Shown here: positions 30,057 to 40,977 of the stretch, piece after piece
How the letters are laid out: each line of letters starts with the position of its first letter
Position numbering within the stretch: the first letter of the stretch is position 1
Source of the DNA: an uncultured archaeon
GTDB taxonomy: Archaea; Altiarchaeota; Altiarchaeia; JAFGQM01
Direction: 5' to 3'
DNA length: 44,973 bases
Assembly (NCBI GenBank): GCA_964592405.1
Contig: CAZQBY010000010.1
Location: forward strand, 1-44,973
The notes under the pieces: generated by a model
Seen by the model: the letters and a program-made list of their open reading frames with translations, nothing else
The model's database searches: none
Told to the model about the DNA's origin: nothing
Translations under genes and position numbers: made by a program

Positions 30057-32678
30057 ATGGAAACAGGGAAATACATATATGCTTTTGAAGAGGGCAATAA
30101 GGATATGAAGGACCTGCTGGGCGGCAAGGGGGCCAATCTGGCGGAAATGACTGCTTTGGGCATACCCGTACCTCCCGGTTTTACAATTACTACCGAGGTC
30201 TGTCAGCTCTACTATAACAATGAAAGAAAATACCCCCCGGGCTTCAATGCACAGATGAAAGAGGCGGTTGAGGCCCTTGAGAGCAAGGTTGGCAGAAGAC
30301 TTGGAGACCCAAAGAATCCTCTCCTGGTATCTGTGAGATCAGGAGCCGCAATTTCAATGCCCGGCATGATGGATACCGTGTTAAATCTCGGGCTTAATGA
30401 TGAGACAGCCGAAGGTCTCATCAAGCAGACGAACAATGAGCGGTTTGTCATGGACGCTTACAGGAGGTTCATCCAGATGTTTGGCGACGTTGTTATGGGT
30501 GTTGAACACGATAAGTTCGAGAAAATCCTCCAAGATGTCAAGGACGTGAAGGGGGTCAAACTTGATACAGAACTGGATGCTGCTGATCTGAGAGAGGTGA
30601 TCAAGAGATACAAGGAACTGATCAAGAGGGAAACAGGTGAGGGCTTCCCACAGGATCCGATGAAACAGTTGCAAATGGCGGTTGATGCTGTCTTTGGTTC
30701 ATGGAACAACCCCCGCGCTATAAGATACAGAGAGATACACAATATCCGCGGACTGAAAGGAACTGCAGTAAATGTTCAGACCATGGTTTTTGGCAACATG
30801 GGCAACAATTCCGGAAGTGGTGTCTGTTTTACCAGAAATCCGTCCACGGGTGAGAAGGTTTTCTACGGTGAATATCTCATGAATGCCCAAGGAGAGGATG
30901 TGGTGGCCGGCATAAGAACACCCAAGCATCTAGACGATCTCAAGAAAGAGATGCCGCAGGTGTACAAGGAGCTGACCGATATAATGACCCGTGTGGAACA
31001 GCACTACAGGGATATGCAGGACATGGAATTCACAATACAGGAGGGAAAGCTCTACATACTCCAAACCAGAACCGGAAAGAGGACTGCTGCGGCAGCGGTT
31101 AAGATAGCCGTTGATATGGTAGAGGAGGGGCTGATTGACAGGGAGACCGCCATTCTCAGGGTGGATCCAACATCCCTGAACCAGCTTCTCCACAAGCAGA
31201 TTGATACAAAAGCAAAGCTTGAGGTCATAGCAAAGGGACTTCCTGCATCACCAGGCGCGGCTGTCGGCAGGGTTGTTTTTACTGCAGATGAGGCCGAGGA
31301 GTGGGTTGACGATAGAGGAGAGAAGGTTATACTTGTCAGAAATGAGACCTCACCGGAGGATATTCATGGTATGGCAGTGGCTCAGGGAATACTCACGGCT
31401 AAGGGTGGAATGACTTCCCATGCTGCAGTTGTAGCTAGGGGTATGGGCAAGTGTTGCGTGGCTGGTGCAGAGGACATACGGATAAATTATGACAAGAGAG
31501 AACTCAGGGTTGGTAGTTATGTAATCAAGGAAGGTGATTGGATTTCCCTTAATGGAAATACTGGTGAGGTCATACTTGGTCAAGCACCGGTTATAGATCC
31601 GGAGATGAAGGGAGAGTTTGGAATCCTTATGGAGTGGGCCGATAACCTGAGAAAGCTTGGCGTGAGGGCGAATGCCGAAACGCCAAAAGATGCCAAGGTT
31701 GCCCGAGAGTTTGGTGCGGAGGGCATTGGTCTGGCACGGACCGAGCATATGTTCTTCGAGGGTGACAGGATTGTTGCTGTCAGGGAAATGATACTGGCTG
31801 AAGATGAGAAGGGCCGGCGCAAGGCACTTGACAAACTCCTGCCACTGCAGAGGGGAGACTTTGAGGAGCTTTTCAGAATAATGGACGGCTTGGATGTTAC
31901 AATACGCCTCCTGGATCCCCCGTTACACGAATTTATGCCCCAGACCAAGGATGGCATGAAAGAGGTTGCCAAGCAGATGGGGGTTTCTATAGAAGTAATA
32001 GAAGAAAAGGTAAAGAGCCTGCATGAGATAAACCCAATGCTGGGCTTCCGGGGATGCAGACTGGCCATTGTGTATCCTGAAATTGCTGAGATGCAGACCC
32101 GGGCGATATTTGAGGCGGCCTCTAGGGTCTCTGAACAGGGCGTGAAAGCAAAACCAGAGGTTATGATACCTGTTGTATCAAGTGCGAAGGAGATGCAAAT
32201 CCTGAGGGAGGTTGTTGAGAAAACTGCACGCGCTGTGCTTAAGGAAACAGGTGCGGACATTCAGATAAAGATAGGAACGATGATAGAGCTTCCGAGAGCG
32301 GCCCTCACTGCTGACAAGGTTGCAGAATATGCAGAGTTTTTCTCGTTTGGGACAAATGACCTGACCCAGACGACCTTCGGCTTTTCGAGGGATGACTCCG
32401 GCAAGTTTATACCCATCTACAAAGAGAAGGGCATCTTGGAACAGGATCCCTTTGCTGTTGTAGATCAGGAGGGTGTTGGTGAGCTGATCAAGATTGCTGT
32501 TGAGAAGGGAAGAAAAACACGCCCTGACCTCAAGGTTGGCATCTGTGGTGAACAGGGTGGCGAACCGAGTTCGGTTGAGTTTTGTCACAAAGTGGGTCTA
32601 ACCTATGTCTCCTGCTCACCATACAGGGTACCGATTGCGCGCTTGGCAGCAGCCCAGGCCGCTGTCAGGAGCAAGTGA
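30057..32678 (+). CDS. ppdK: Pyruvate, phosphate dikinase
   Basis: 873 aa: [32 protein letters not shown] (phospho-His) and the C-terminal PEP-utilising domain. Confidence 0.95.
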   Translation: METGKYIYAFEEGNKDMKDLLGGKGANLAEMTALGIPVPPGFTITTEVCQLYYNNERKYPPGFNAQMKEAVEALESKVGRRLGDPKNPLLVSVRSGAAISMPGMMDTVLNLGLNDETAEGLIKQTNNERFVMDAYRRFIQMFGDVVMGVEHDKFEKILQDVKDVKGVKLDTELDAADLREVIKRYKELIKRETGEGFPQDPMKQLQMAVDAVFGSWNNPRAIRYREIHNIRGLKGTAVNVQTMVFGNMGNNSGSGVCFTRNPSTGEKVFYGEYLMNAQGEDVVAGIRTPKHLDDLKKEMPQVYKELTDIMTRVEQHYRDMQDMEFTIQEGKLYILQTRTGKRTAAAAVKIAVDMVEEGLIDRETAILRVDPTSLNQLLHKQIDTKAKLEVIAKGLPASPGAAVGRVVFTADEAEEWVDDRGEKVILVRNETSPEDIHGMAVAQGILTAKGGMTSHAAVVARGMGKCCVAGAEDIRINYDKRELRVGSYVIKEGDWISLNGNTGEVILGQAPVIDPEMKGEFGILMEWADNLRKLGVRANAETPKDAKVAREFGAEGIGLARTEHMFFEGDRIVAVREMILAEDEKGRRKALDKLLPLQRGDFEELFRIMDGLDVTIRLLDPPLHEFMPQTKDGMKEVAKQMGVSIEVIEEKVKSLHEINPMLGFRGCRLAIVYPEIAEMQTRAIFEAASRVSEQGVKAKPEVMIPVVSSAKEMQILREVVEKTARAVLKETGADIQIKIGTMIELPRAALTADKVAEYAEFFSFGTNDLTQTTFGFSRDDSGKFIPIYKEKGILEQDPFAVVDQEGVGELIKIAVEKGRKTRPDLKVGICGEQGGEPSSVEFCHKVGLTYVSCSPYRVPIARLAAAQAAVRSK

Positions 32679-33326
32679 GGGGCTGGCCCCTTTTTCTTCC
32701 TTGTTTTTCTAAGGTTAGCAATAGCCAAAGATGCCAATGATGCGTCCTGCAACGGCTCTTCTGACACGTAGATATGTCGTTCCCAACCTTAGACCTGATG
32801 CTCCCTATGCCAAGAAAAAGGGCAAGACCAAGGGAAGGGGGGTATTGGGAGGCATACTGGATGCCCTCCTCAAGGGCGGGAGGACCCAAAAAGGCAAAGA
32901 GCGCTCAAGGCAGGCCCACGTGATGCTCCCAAGGCTGAGGAATCCTGTCTTGGTCAGGCCACCTATGAGGTTTGTCCCGAGGGCTGTGACCCCGGATGGC
33001 AGGCCAGTCAGAGTGGCGCCGGGAACTTTAGCGTTAGACCCTTTGACCGGCAGACGCGGCTCCATTGCTGACCTCCAGTGGCAGAGAACCGTCATGAGGA
33101 CGAGAACTCCCAGACCTATTGTCCTGCGTGGACGTCTCCCGCCGGCCGCTTCGAGGGCTTGGAGATACCCCACGCGGCCTGAAAAACCTTCACGTTTGAG
33201 GAGATGGCTAAAGAATGAGGGCCGTATATGGCTAGGAACATGGTATCCAGGCAGTAAAGCGGCCTAAATCCTGTTTTTATACCCTAATCTCTTAATTTAC
33301 AAGCACTTTTCAAAAGGTGGTAAAAA

Positions 33327-33467
33327 ATGACCGAAGCTTACTGTGTGAAATGCAAGGCAAAGCGTGAGATGGTGGACGAGGAGGACATCGTCATGAAGAA
33401 TGGAAAGAAAGCCAAGAAGGGTAAGTGTCCTGTCTGCGGAACAGGGATGTACAAGATTGGCGGCTAG
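33327..33467 (+). CDS. Small zinc-ribbon protein (46 aa), not present in the ORF track
   Basis: MTEAYCVKCKAKREMVDEEDIVMKNGKKAKKGKCPVCGTGMYKIGG has a CxxC...CxxC architecture typical of a family of archaeal mini zinc-ribbon proteins. It is AT-rich coding sequence, unlike the GC-rich region upstream. Confidence 0.55.
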   Translation: MTEAYCVKCKAKREMVDEEDIVMKNGKKAKKGKCPVCGTGMYKIGG

Positions 33468-33560
33468 GACCGCCTTTTCTTCTCACTTTCTTTTCCTCTG
33501 GGAGTCCGGAAATGTTGTCCTTGGGCGCCATTTTAACTTTTTATATCTAATAATGCCAAG

Positions 33561-34133
33561 ATGCCCCGGACCAGACCTGCAGTCAGGATAAGGAAAATCA
33601 GTCCGGATGACCTCCCCAAGGTCAGGAAACTTCTGGAGGAGCATGCTCACCTCTTTGACCCCCGTTTTTCTCCAAAGGCTATAGAAACCGAGATCGAGCA
33701 GCTGCGTAAATATGAGACAGGGCTGGTTGCCGAAAGGGCAGGAGAGGTAGTGGGCTTTGTCCGTTATGGTCACACCCCCCATAGAATAGATGACCTCAGA
33801 AATCTCGGCCTGGCCAAGCCGGGTCAAGAAAGGCATGGTTATATATTCTCACTGCTCGTCCACCCAAAGCATTCCCAGCAGGGTGTAGGAACACGCCTCG
33901 TGGAGGAAGCCATAGACCGCATAAAAAAGATGAAATATCCCGACGGCCGGCCCATCAGGGAGGTGGTCATGACCCACCATGAGGGCAACAAAGGGACGGC
34001 GAGAATAGGCAAGAAGTTGAAGTTCAGAGAAGTCGGCAGGGTTGAAGCCTCAGGTAGGGAAAGACACCGCCTAACTGTCATACTACATAAACCCCTCCGG
34101 CGCGGACGAGGGAGGGCATTCCGCCCCGCATAA
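33561..34133 (+). CDS. GNAT family N-acetyltransferase
   Basis: VVGFVRYGH...LLVHPKHSQQGVGTRLVEEA contains the acetyl-CoA binding motif A (Q/RxxGxG/A). Confidence 0.75.
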   Translation: MPRTRPAVRIRKISPDDLPKVRKLLEEHAHLFDPRFSPKAIETEIEQLRKYETGLVAERAGEVVGFVRYGHTPHRIDDLRNLGLAKPGQERHGYIFSLLVHPKHSQQGVGTRLVEEAIDRIKKMKYPDGRPIREVVMTHHEGNKGTARIGKKLKFREVGRVEASGRERHRLTVILHKPLRRGRGRAFRPA

Positions 34134-34389
34134 GACCGCTGCGGAGGGATTGCCTTTGCATCCAAAGGGCACAGGCGCAAAGAGCTCTGATATCCGACCC
34201 AGCAGGTCAAAAACATTGGACCGCCCCCTATCTGGACCGAAGCGTACGAAAATATGAAATTTTCTTCCTAAGAATCTGCTCTCCTGTCCGCCCTGCACGG
34301 GCAGCCCGGGTTGATACATCATCTGCCGAAAGACTCAGGGCAAATTTTTTGCGGGACTTATTTAAATCCCCCTCACATCAAAATACGCG

Positions 34390-36042
34390 ATGACGGATGT
34401 GCAAGACTTCAAAAGGTTCTCTTTTGTTGGCATCAGAAGCCCAAGTAGGTGGGGGGTTGTAGTGCTCATTATTCTGTTTGGTTTGCTGGCAGGTCTGGGT
34501 TCACAAGAAATCCTTGGACCAAGGATGATGGTGGCGCCTGTCCTCTTTACAGCCGGCTTTATATTGGCAAATCTCCTTTCCGGTTTTGCAGTATACCATC
34601 TGGTTGGAAACTTCAAGGCCAAGTGGTCATATCTCACAAGCCTTATCAACCAACTCTCACTAATGGCAATAGGCTATATATTTCTGTTTTCCACGAGGAT
34701 AACCCTACTGGAATCGCTTGTCTTTTGGAGTGCCATGGCATATACCATATGGCTACTCCTCCTCTCGGGTCTGGGTGCAGTCAGGATAGGTTTCAGAAGC
34801 ATGAGCATCTCGCTCATACAGCCTGCTCTCATATGGCTGCTCATGCTTTCGTCAGTCAGAATTATGGTCCAAGAGATATCTATTCCTCTCATATTCCTCT
34901 TGGGTAGCATACTGTTCTCAACAATAGTCATACTCTTCACAGAGCATGTATTCTCTCTCATCTTTACCGGCATGTCCGGACTAATGGAACTGAGCAAGGT
35001 CCTTAAGGGAATACGCGGTGAACAAGTCTCCCTTGGCATTGGCCATAACATAGACACGCTATTACAGTATCTGGCATTCAGGATGGGGGATACTGAGAGC
35101 ATTCTGGTAGCGCCTTGGCTGCACTCTGGTCCAATAAGGAGTGTTGGCGGAGGTAATCTGAGCACACAGTGCATCAAGAAACTGAATAAAATTTATGGTC
35201 CATCCTACTTCTTTCATGTCCCCAGCAACCATGAATATAATCCCTCAGTGGATGTTTCAACCAAAATAGTAAAGGCCATTAGGATTCCCAGTTACAGGAA
35301 TCTCACAGTGTCAAAACCCGTGAAGGTTGAAGATGGTGGAATAACGGTAATCGGGCAGAAGTTCAATGATGTTTATCTTATCTCTTTGGCAAGTAGGCAT
35401 ATAGATGATTATGATGTGTCTATATTCTCAGCCCTGCGTGACAGATACAAAACAAGAAGGATTGTTTTTGTGGATTCACATCCCAATGTTCCAATGAGTA
35501 ACTGTTACAATGTTGAAGCATTCACCAGAGAAGCAAAGCTTATTGAAGGGTTGATAGATAATGTTATAGAGCGATTGGACAGGAGGAGGCAATACAGAGC
35601 TGAGGTCGGAACCGCTGTCCAGTATTTTGACCAATACAGCGTGTTCGCTATGGTATTAAAGGGCGGGGAGACAAGTCTTTATCTAATAGTAGATACCAAC
35701 GGCTTATCGCCAACAGAGATGAAAAATATTCAGAAGACTGCGGAGAAACATGGTATAAACCATACACTCTTTTTTACAACAGACACGCACTCTCTTACTG
35801 TTAAGGCGCTTATATCGCGGCCAGATATGCCTGAATCAGTCATAGAGGATGTCATAAAGAGGGCTGCCGAAAACCTTGCAAGTGCCAGATTCTCATATGG
35901 AGAGACTTCTCTTGAAAATGTGCGCATACTCGGTAAGACTTACTATGAACTTCTGACTGTTGTCAAGGTAATGTCTAGGGTAATGCCTGTTTTGTTTTTC
36001 CTGTTCTTTTTGTTCCTAGCGGTTTTGTTATGGATGTTCTAG
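34390..36042 (+). CDS. Polytopic membrane protein with a large C-terminal soluble domain (resembles the archaeal DUF2070 family)
   Basis: 550 aa. About 8 TM helices are followed by a soluble domain of about 300 aa, with a terminal TM helix. Confidence 0.55.
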   Translation: MTDVQDFKRFSFVGIRSPSRWGVVVLIILFGLLAGLGSQEILGPRMMVAPVLFTAGFILANLLSGFAVYHLVGNFKAKWSYLTSLINQLSLMAIGYIFLFSTRITLLESLVFWSAMAYTIWLLLLSGLGAVRIGFRSMSISLIQPALIWLLMLSSVRIMVQEISIPLIFLLGSILFSTIVILFTEHVFSLIFTGMSGLMELSKVLKGIRGEQVSLGIGHNIDTLLQYLAFRMGDTESILVAPWLHSGPIRSVGGGNLSTQCIKKLNKIYGPSYFFHVPSNHEYNPSVDVSTKIVKAIRIPSYRNLTVSKPVKVEDGGITVIGQKFNDVYLISLASRHIDDYDVSIFSALRDRYKTRRIVFVDSHPNVPMSNCYNVEAFTREAKLIEGLIDNVIERLDRRRQYRAEVGTAVQYFDQYSVFAMVLKGGETSLYLIVDTNGLSPTEMKNIQKTAEKHGINHTLFFTTDTHSLTVKALISRPDMPESVIEDVIKRAAENLASARFSYGETSLENVRILGKTYYELLTVVKVMSRVMPVLFFLFFLFLAVLLWMF

Positions 36043-37919
36043 AGAAAACACTGTTTCCGTTCTCTCGAATCCGGGAAGAGCAGAGGAGAATGCTTGAGGG
36101 GGTTGTAAAGACTCTTGAGAATGGAGGTTCACTCTTGGCCAATGCTCCCACAGGGATAGGCAAGACTGCCGCGTCCCTGCCACCAGCCTTGGCATATGCT
36201 ATGGAAAACGGAAAAACAGTCTTCTTTTTGACTCCCAAACACAGCCATCACCAGATAGTCATAGAGACACTCAGGAAGATAAGAGATAGACACGGGAAAA
36301 AGATTATCTCAGTTGACATAGTTGGAAAACAGTGGACCTGCCTTTATGAGGGGGTGCAGGATCTGACATCCAAGGAGTTCAACCAGTTCTGTCATGCGCA
36401 CAAACGTAATGAGACCTGTCGCTTCCACAATGAGGTGTATGCTGGCGGTTCCAAGAATCTGTCCAAGAAAACCAAGGAGGTTATAAGGGAGATAAAGGCC
36501 AAAAATCCCATGCATTCTGAAGAAATATCTGCGTTATGTGGAAGATACGGCATTTGTCCATATGAAGCGAGTATCCTTGTCGGGCGTTCGGCGAATGTTG
36601 TAATCTGCGATTATTATCATATCTTCCACCCATCCGTGCGGCAGGCTTTTCTGAGCAAGATGGGCAAGGCATTGGAGGATGTGATACTGATAGTTGATGA
36701 GGCCCACAATCTACCTGAGAGGGTAAGAAAACTGATGAGTTATACCCTCAGCGAATACACCATAAATCAAGCTATAAAAGAAGCGAGGGTTCTGAGGGAG
36801 GAAAATCTGGAAGAAGATCTGGAATCACTTATCAATGTGATGAGGTCATTTGGCAAGAGGCTGAAAGGGGATGGAATGTTCATCAAAAAGGAAGAATTCG
36901 TGAGCAGGATAGAATCATCTACCAACTTGGAGATTGAGGCATTTACAGACAACTTGGAGGCATTCGGCGAAGCAATTTTAGAGCTACCCAACCGCTACAG
37001 GAGCTATTGCATGAATATTGCCAGCTTTTTGAAAGAGTGGATGGACAAGAAAAATGAATCTGCACATGTCCGCCTATTCCAGACATACCTATCCCAGACA
37101 GGTAGGAGGCATCAGGTTTCCCTAAAATGTCTGGATCCGGCTGTCTATACAGAAGAAATATTCTCTTCAGTTCATGCATCTGTTCTGATGTCTGCAACCC
37201 TGTTGCCTCTAGACATGTACAGGACAATTCTGGGCCTCCATAATGCATACATGGAGGAATATCACAATCCATTTCCACCTGAGAACCGTTTGGTGCTCCT
37301 GACACACGGCATAACCACAAAATATACAAAGCGCAGTGCGCACATGTGGGGCAAGATAGCAGGAATCCTGAGCAGGATAATAAACAGTGTTCCAGGCAAT
37401 GTGGCGGCATTCTTCCCTTCCTACCAGATACTAGACATAGTGTCCGGTATGGTTGATGTGGGCAACAAGGAGGCTCTTATGGAAAAACGGGAGATGAAAA
37501 AGCGGCAGCGGCGTGAATTATACAAACAACTGGCGCGCCTGTCGGATGGAAGAGGAGGTGTGTTGTTTGCAGTCCAAGCCGGAAGCTTCAGCGAAGGGAT
37601 GGATTTTCCCGGAAGGATGCTTGACTGTGTTGTGGTTGTGGGTCTCCCACTTGAGAAACCTACCTTGGAGACCGAGGCGCTGATAAACTACTACGACTTC
37701 AAGTTTGGTCGCGGCTGGGACTATGGCTACATCTACCCGGCCATGAACCGCGCGCTGCAGGCAGCTGGCAGGTGCATAAGGAGCGAGACTGACAGAGGGG
37801 TAATTGTGCTTATGGATGACCGCTTTAACTGGAGGAACTACCGCAAATGTTTCCCAAGGGACATGAAATCTATAATAACCGAAAAGCCGGAGATGTATGT
37901 GAAAAAGTTCTTTACATAA
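36030..37919 (+). CDS. xpd: XPD/Rad3-type Fe-S DNA helicase
   Basis: ANAPTGIGKT (Walker A), four Fe-S cysteines (WTCLYEG, FCHAHKRNETCRFH, ALCGRYGICPYE), DEAHNL, and QAAGRCIRSETDRG (motif VI). Confidence 0.9.
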   Translation: MDVLEKTLFPFSRIREEQRRMLEGVVKTLENGGSLLANAPTGIGKTAASLPPALAYAMENGKTVFFLTPKHSHHQIVIETLRKIRDRHGKKIISVDIVGKQWTCLYEGVQDLTSKEFNQFCHAHKRNETCRFHNEVYAGGSKNLSKKTKEVIREIKAKNPMHSEEISALCGRYGICPYEASILVGRSANVVICDYYHIFHPSVRQAFLSKMGKALEDVILIVDEAHNLPERVRKLMSYTLSEYTINQAIKEARVLREENLEEDLESLINVMRSFGKRLKGDGMFIKKEEFVSRIESSTNLEIEAFTDNLEAFGEAILELPNRYRSYCMNIASFLKEWMDKKNESAHVRLFQTYLSQTGRRHQVSLKCLDPAVYTEEIFSSVHASVLMSATLLPLDMYRTILGLHNAYMEEYHNPFPPENRLVLLTHGITTKYTKRSAHMWGKIAGILSRIINSVPGNVAAFFPSYQILDIVSGMVDVGNKEALMEKREMKKRQRRELYKQLARLSDGRGGVLFAVQAGSFSEGMDFPGRMLDCVVVVGLPLEKPTLETEALINYYDFKFGRGWDYGYIYPAMNRALQAAGRCIRSETDRGVIVLMDDRFNWRNYRKCFPRDMKSIITEKPEMYVKKFFT

Positions 37920-38076
37920 TGGGCTCTGAATGAATATTGGGAATTAATTATTGGGAATTAATATTAATTAAAAATAATAAAATAATAACAAAAAATAACA
38001 AATAGATACTTAACAAAATAATAACATCACAAAACAACAAACAACAGCAAAACAACAAACATCACAAAACAACAAA
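37920..38076. repeat. A/C-rich low-complexity spacer (AATAAT..., ACAAAACAACAAA-like units)
   Basis: About 157 nt almost devoid of G/T tracts, with repeated caaaacaacaaa and aataataa units. It sits between the xpd stop and the next ORF. Confidence 0.6.
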
Positions 38077-38670
38077 ATGCCTCCGTCTGCCCATATTGGG
38101 AAGAAGCTCCCTGAAAAACATCTGTTTTTGCGCCGTTTTGTTCTCCCCAATCCAGATCCAGAGTTTATCGGAGATAAGGGAATCAGGAAGCCTCCGGGGA
38201 TGTTCAGGACGGCATGGGTGCTGAATAGACAGCATCCGGATTATCAGCATATCTCAGAGGAGCTTGGTGTGGTGTCATCATATTTCCTCCTACCCGTTAA
38301 AAAGGGGACGATAATGAGGAAGGAGCCTGCTTATCACGTCTTTCATGATGGCAGGGGACTGAAACAGGTGTTTCTTAATAGACAAAGGCATATAGAGAGG
38401 CCAGGTATGAGTCCTGTCGGTGCTCCAATTGTGGGCGAATGGATCATCACACAGGGCGGGGCACATACATATCAGGAGATTAAAGGACCAGATGAGCGTC
38501 GCAACTTCCTAAAAACACATACACAACTTGCTTCACGATTGCTGGATTTTCTTCGCAATCCCCCAGAAGGGGTAAAACTGGATGATAGGGATAAGGAGCT
38601 AATGAGGTGGTTAGAGGATCATGTGGATCAAAGCCGCAGGTGGTTTGCCCAGCATAAAGGACTTTTTTGA
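38077..38670 (+). CDS. Hypothetical protein (197 aa)
   Basis: An uninterrupted ORF convergent on tfb, with no recognisable motif. Confidence 0.4.
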   Translation: MPPSAHIGKKLPEKHLFLRRFVLPNPDPEFIGDKGIRKPPGMFRTAWVLNRQHPDYQHISEELGVVSSYFLLPVKKGTIMRKEPAYHVFHDGRGLKQVFLNRQRHIERPGMSPVGAPIVGEWIITQGGAHTYQEIKGPDERRNFLKTHTQLASRLLDFLRNPPEGVKLDDRDKELMRWLEDHVDQSRRWFAQHKGLF

Positions 38671-39633
38671 CTAGGTCTTTCTGGCTTCTCTTAGGACCTC
38701 CTCCTTATACTTGTAGAGATCCATCTTCTCCTCGAGCTCGCGGTGGCGGTTCCTGACCGTGACTTCTGTTACCCCGGCTGCCTCAGCTATCTCCTTCTGC
38801 GTCTTCTGCATGTTGTATATATCTGCTGCAATATAGAGGACAGCTGCTGCAACTCCTGCAGGTGCCCTCCCGCTTGTAAGTCCAAGTTTCTTGGCGTCAT
38901 TTATTATCTCAGTAGCCTTGTCCATAACATAATTGGGAAGCTTGACCTTATTGGCAAACTTGGGGAGATAATCTGCAGGTGTTGTCGGTGGAACCTTAAG
39001 CTTCAGATGGCGGGCAACGTAGCGGTATGTCTTGCCAACATCCTTTGGGTCTATCCCCGAGACGTCTGATATTTCGCCCAGGGTTCTGGGGATATTTCGT
39101 TCCCTGCAGAGTATGTATGTTATTGCAGCAATTATTGCCTCAATGCTTCTGCCCCTTACCAGCCCTTTGTTGCATATCTTCCTATACATGATAGCTGCAT
39201 CCTCCTTCATGGATATGGGAAGACCCAGTTCCGACAGTTCTCTGGATATCTCGTTTAGAGCAGGTATTATATCCTTTTCAACAGAGGAAGATACATTTAT
39301 CCTCCTCTGCCATTTCCGCATGCGATACATACGCTTGCGTGCCTCTTTTGAGACTGTGCCACCACGTATGTCACGGTCATATTTGTCAATCTCCGTGGTC
39401 AGGCCCTTGTGGGGTTTTGTATATGTCATCGGGCTACCGGTGCGGGTTCTCTTAAGCCATGATTCAGAATCAAAACTGCGCGTTTCTGCGCCCAAGTCAG
39501 CAATACTTTCATCCACTACCAGACCACATCTAGAGCAGATTATCTCTGCATGCTTGTAGTCTCTGACCAGAGTCCCACCACACTCGGGGCATTTGTTGGA
39601 ATTATCAGAACTATCTGTATTTTTATCAACCAT
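38671..39633 (-). CDS. tfb: Transcription initiation factor IIB
   Basis: The N-terminal zinc ribbon is CPECGGT...AEIICSRCGLVV, followed by two cyclin-fold repeats. Confidence 0.95.
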   Translation of the reverse strand: MVDKNTDSSDNSNKCPECGGTLVRDYKHAEIICSRCGLVVDESIADLGAETRSFDSESWLKRTRTGSPMTYTKPHKGLTTEIDKYDRDIRGGTVSKEARKRMYRMRKWQRRINVSSSVEKDIIPALNEISRELSELGLPISMKEDAAIMYRKICNKGLVRGRSIEAIIAAITYILCRERNIPRTLGEISDVSGIDPKDVGKTYRYVARHLKLKVPPTTPADYLPKFANKVKLPNYVMDKATEIINDAKKLGLTSGRAPAGVAAAVLYIAADIYNMQKTQKEIAEAAGVTEVTVRNRHRELEEKMDLYKYKEEVLREARKT

Positions 39634-39762
39634 TTGGAACGGGCCAAATAAGCCAGTGAACTGCCGGCTTATATTTTTTATTAACCCTTAAAAAGCTTTT
39701 CGGTTTTTGATTCCTAGTTAATATGATTTTTTGGATAATTGCCCTTCTGTCTGTCTTCAATC

Positions 39763-40977
39763 CTATTCTTCTGTCCCTTCAATCTTCTTTGACACAAATT
39801 TCATTGCTACAGGGGCTATCAGGATGGTCATCGCTATGAGTATCAAAACAGCTGAGAAGAGGCTCTGAAGTCCTGCAGTGCCCAACACCCCCCCAAACTT
39901 GGCTTCATTGCCGGCAGCCAGATTCAGGAGAGCTGTCATGACTATAAGGGTTACCTCACCATAGGGAAGCATGCCCAGTCCCATCAGAATGGCCTTCCAG
40001 TTGCCATATCTGTAGAGCTTACCCACCAGAAATGCGCACCCTATCTGTAAACTCGTTATAATGGAGAGCATCATTATGGCCAGTCCAACTGACTGGGCCA
40101 GATTGCTCAGGTCTATGCGTGCTCCAGCCATCACAAAGAAGAGGGGTATGAATAGACCATAGGACATTGAGGATATCTTCTGTGAAAATGTCTCTGTTTC
40201 AAGTATTGATGAGCGAGATAATGCTATCCCTGCAAAGAAAGCGCCTATCATAGTGCTTAGACCCAGATTTGATGCCAGAAAGGCTGCTAGGAGGACAACA
40301 ACAAAAACCAGTGTAAACTGGGCCTCTTCCACTCGCAGGCGAACAGCATAGAGTATTATATATGGCATGAGGTATTCAGCTGCTATGAAAACCGCGAAGA
40401 ACGCGCCTATACCCCCCAGGACCAGCAGTATGTCCAATGCCAGATTGCCGGATGTGGAAGCCACAACGCCTATAACTATTGTCATCATGATAAGGCCGGT
40501 GATGTCGTTTATGACCAGCGAGCCGAGAATGGTCCTTCCAGGTTTGGAGTTTATCTGGTTGCAGTCCAGAAGGGACCTGACAGTAATGCCCATTGATGTT
40601 GCTGACAGTGCTATGCCCAGCATAAGGGATGTTTCAATAGGATATCCCATGGATAATCCCCATAAGACAACCCCTGTCATGGGCACGAAAGAGCTGACTG
40701 CGCTCAGGGTTATTGAAACCCTCTTATACTTCAGCAGACTCTTGACATCTACATGTTCAAAGCCCGCGACGAACAGCAACATGATTATTCCTACTTCAGC
40801 AAACAGTACATAGACCTCCTGCGCCGGATTCGCTATAAGTCCGAGGAGCGCGGGGCCAAGAATTATGCCGGTGCTGATCTCCCCCAGTATGCTTGGTATG
40901 CCGATCCTCTCGCACAGTTCGCCCAATATCTTCGCGACTATCAGCACTACTGCTATCACGAGCAGATATTCTATCAT
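39763..40977 (-). CDS. Monovalent cation:proton antiporter, CPA2 (Kef/NapA-type)
   Basis: 404 aa with about 12 TM helices and the conserved LGEISTGIILGPALLG N-terminal region. Confidence 0.85.
   Translation of the reverse strand: MIEYLLVIAVVLIVAKILGELCERIGIPSILGEISTGIILGPALLGLIANPAQEVYVLFAEVGIIMLLFVAGFEHVDVKSLLKYKRVSITLSAVSSFVPMTGVVLWGLSMGYPIETSLMLGIALSATSMGITVRSLLDCNQINSKPGRTILGSLVINDITGLIMMTIVIGVVASTSGNLALDILLVLGGIGAFFAVFIAAEYLMPYIILYAVRLRVEEAQFTLVFVVVLLAAFLASNLGLSTMIGAFFAGIALSRSSILETETFSQKISSMSYGLFIPLFFVMAGARIDLSNLAQSVGLAIMMLSIITSLQIGCAFLVGKLYRYGNWKAILMGLGMLPYGEVTLIVMTALLNLAAGNEAKFGGVLGTAGLQSLFSAVLILIAMTILIAPVAMKFVSKKIEGTEE

Noticed and set aside
32731-33267. 178-aa plus-strand and 122-aa minus-strand ORFs in the GC-rich spacer after ppdK
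   Set aside because: Both have Arg/Pro-rich low-complexity composition and no periodicity resembling neighbouring genes. They are better explained as non-coding GC-rich sequence (see the ncRNA finding).
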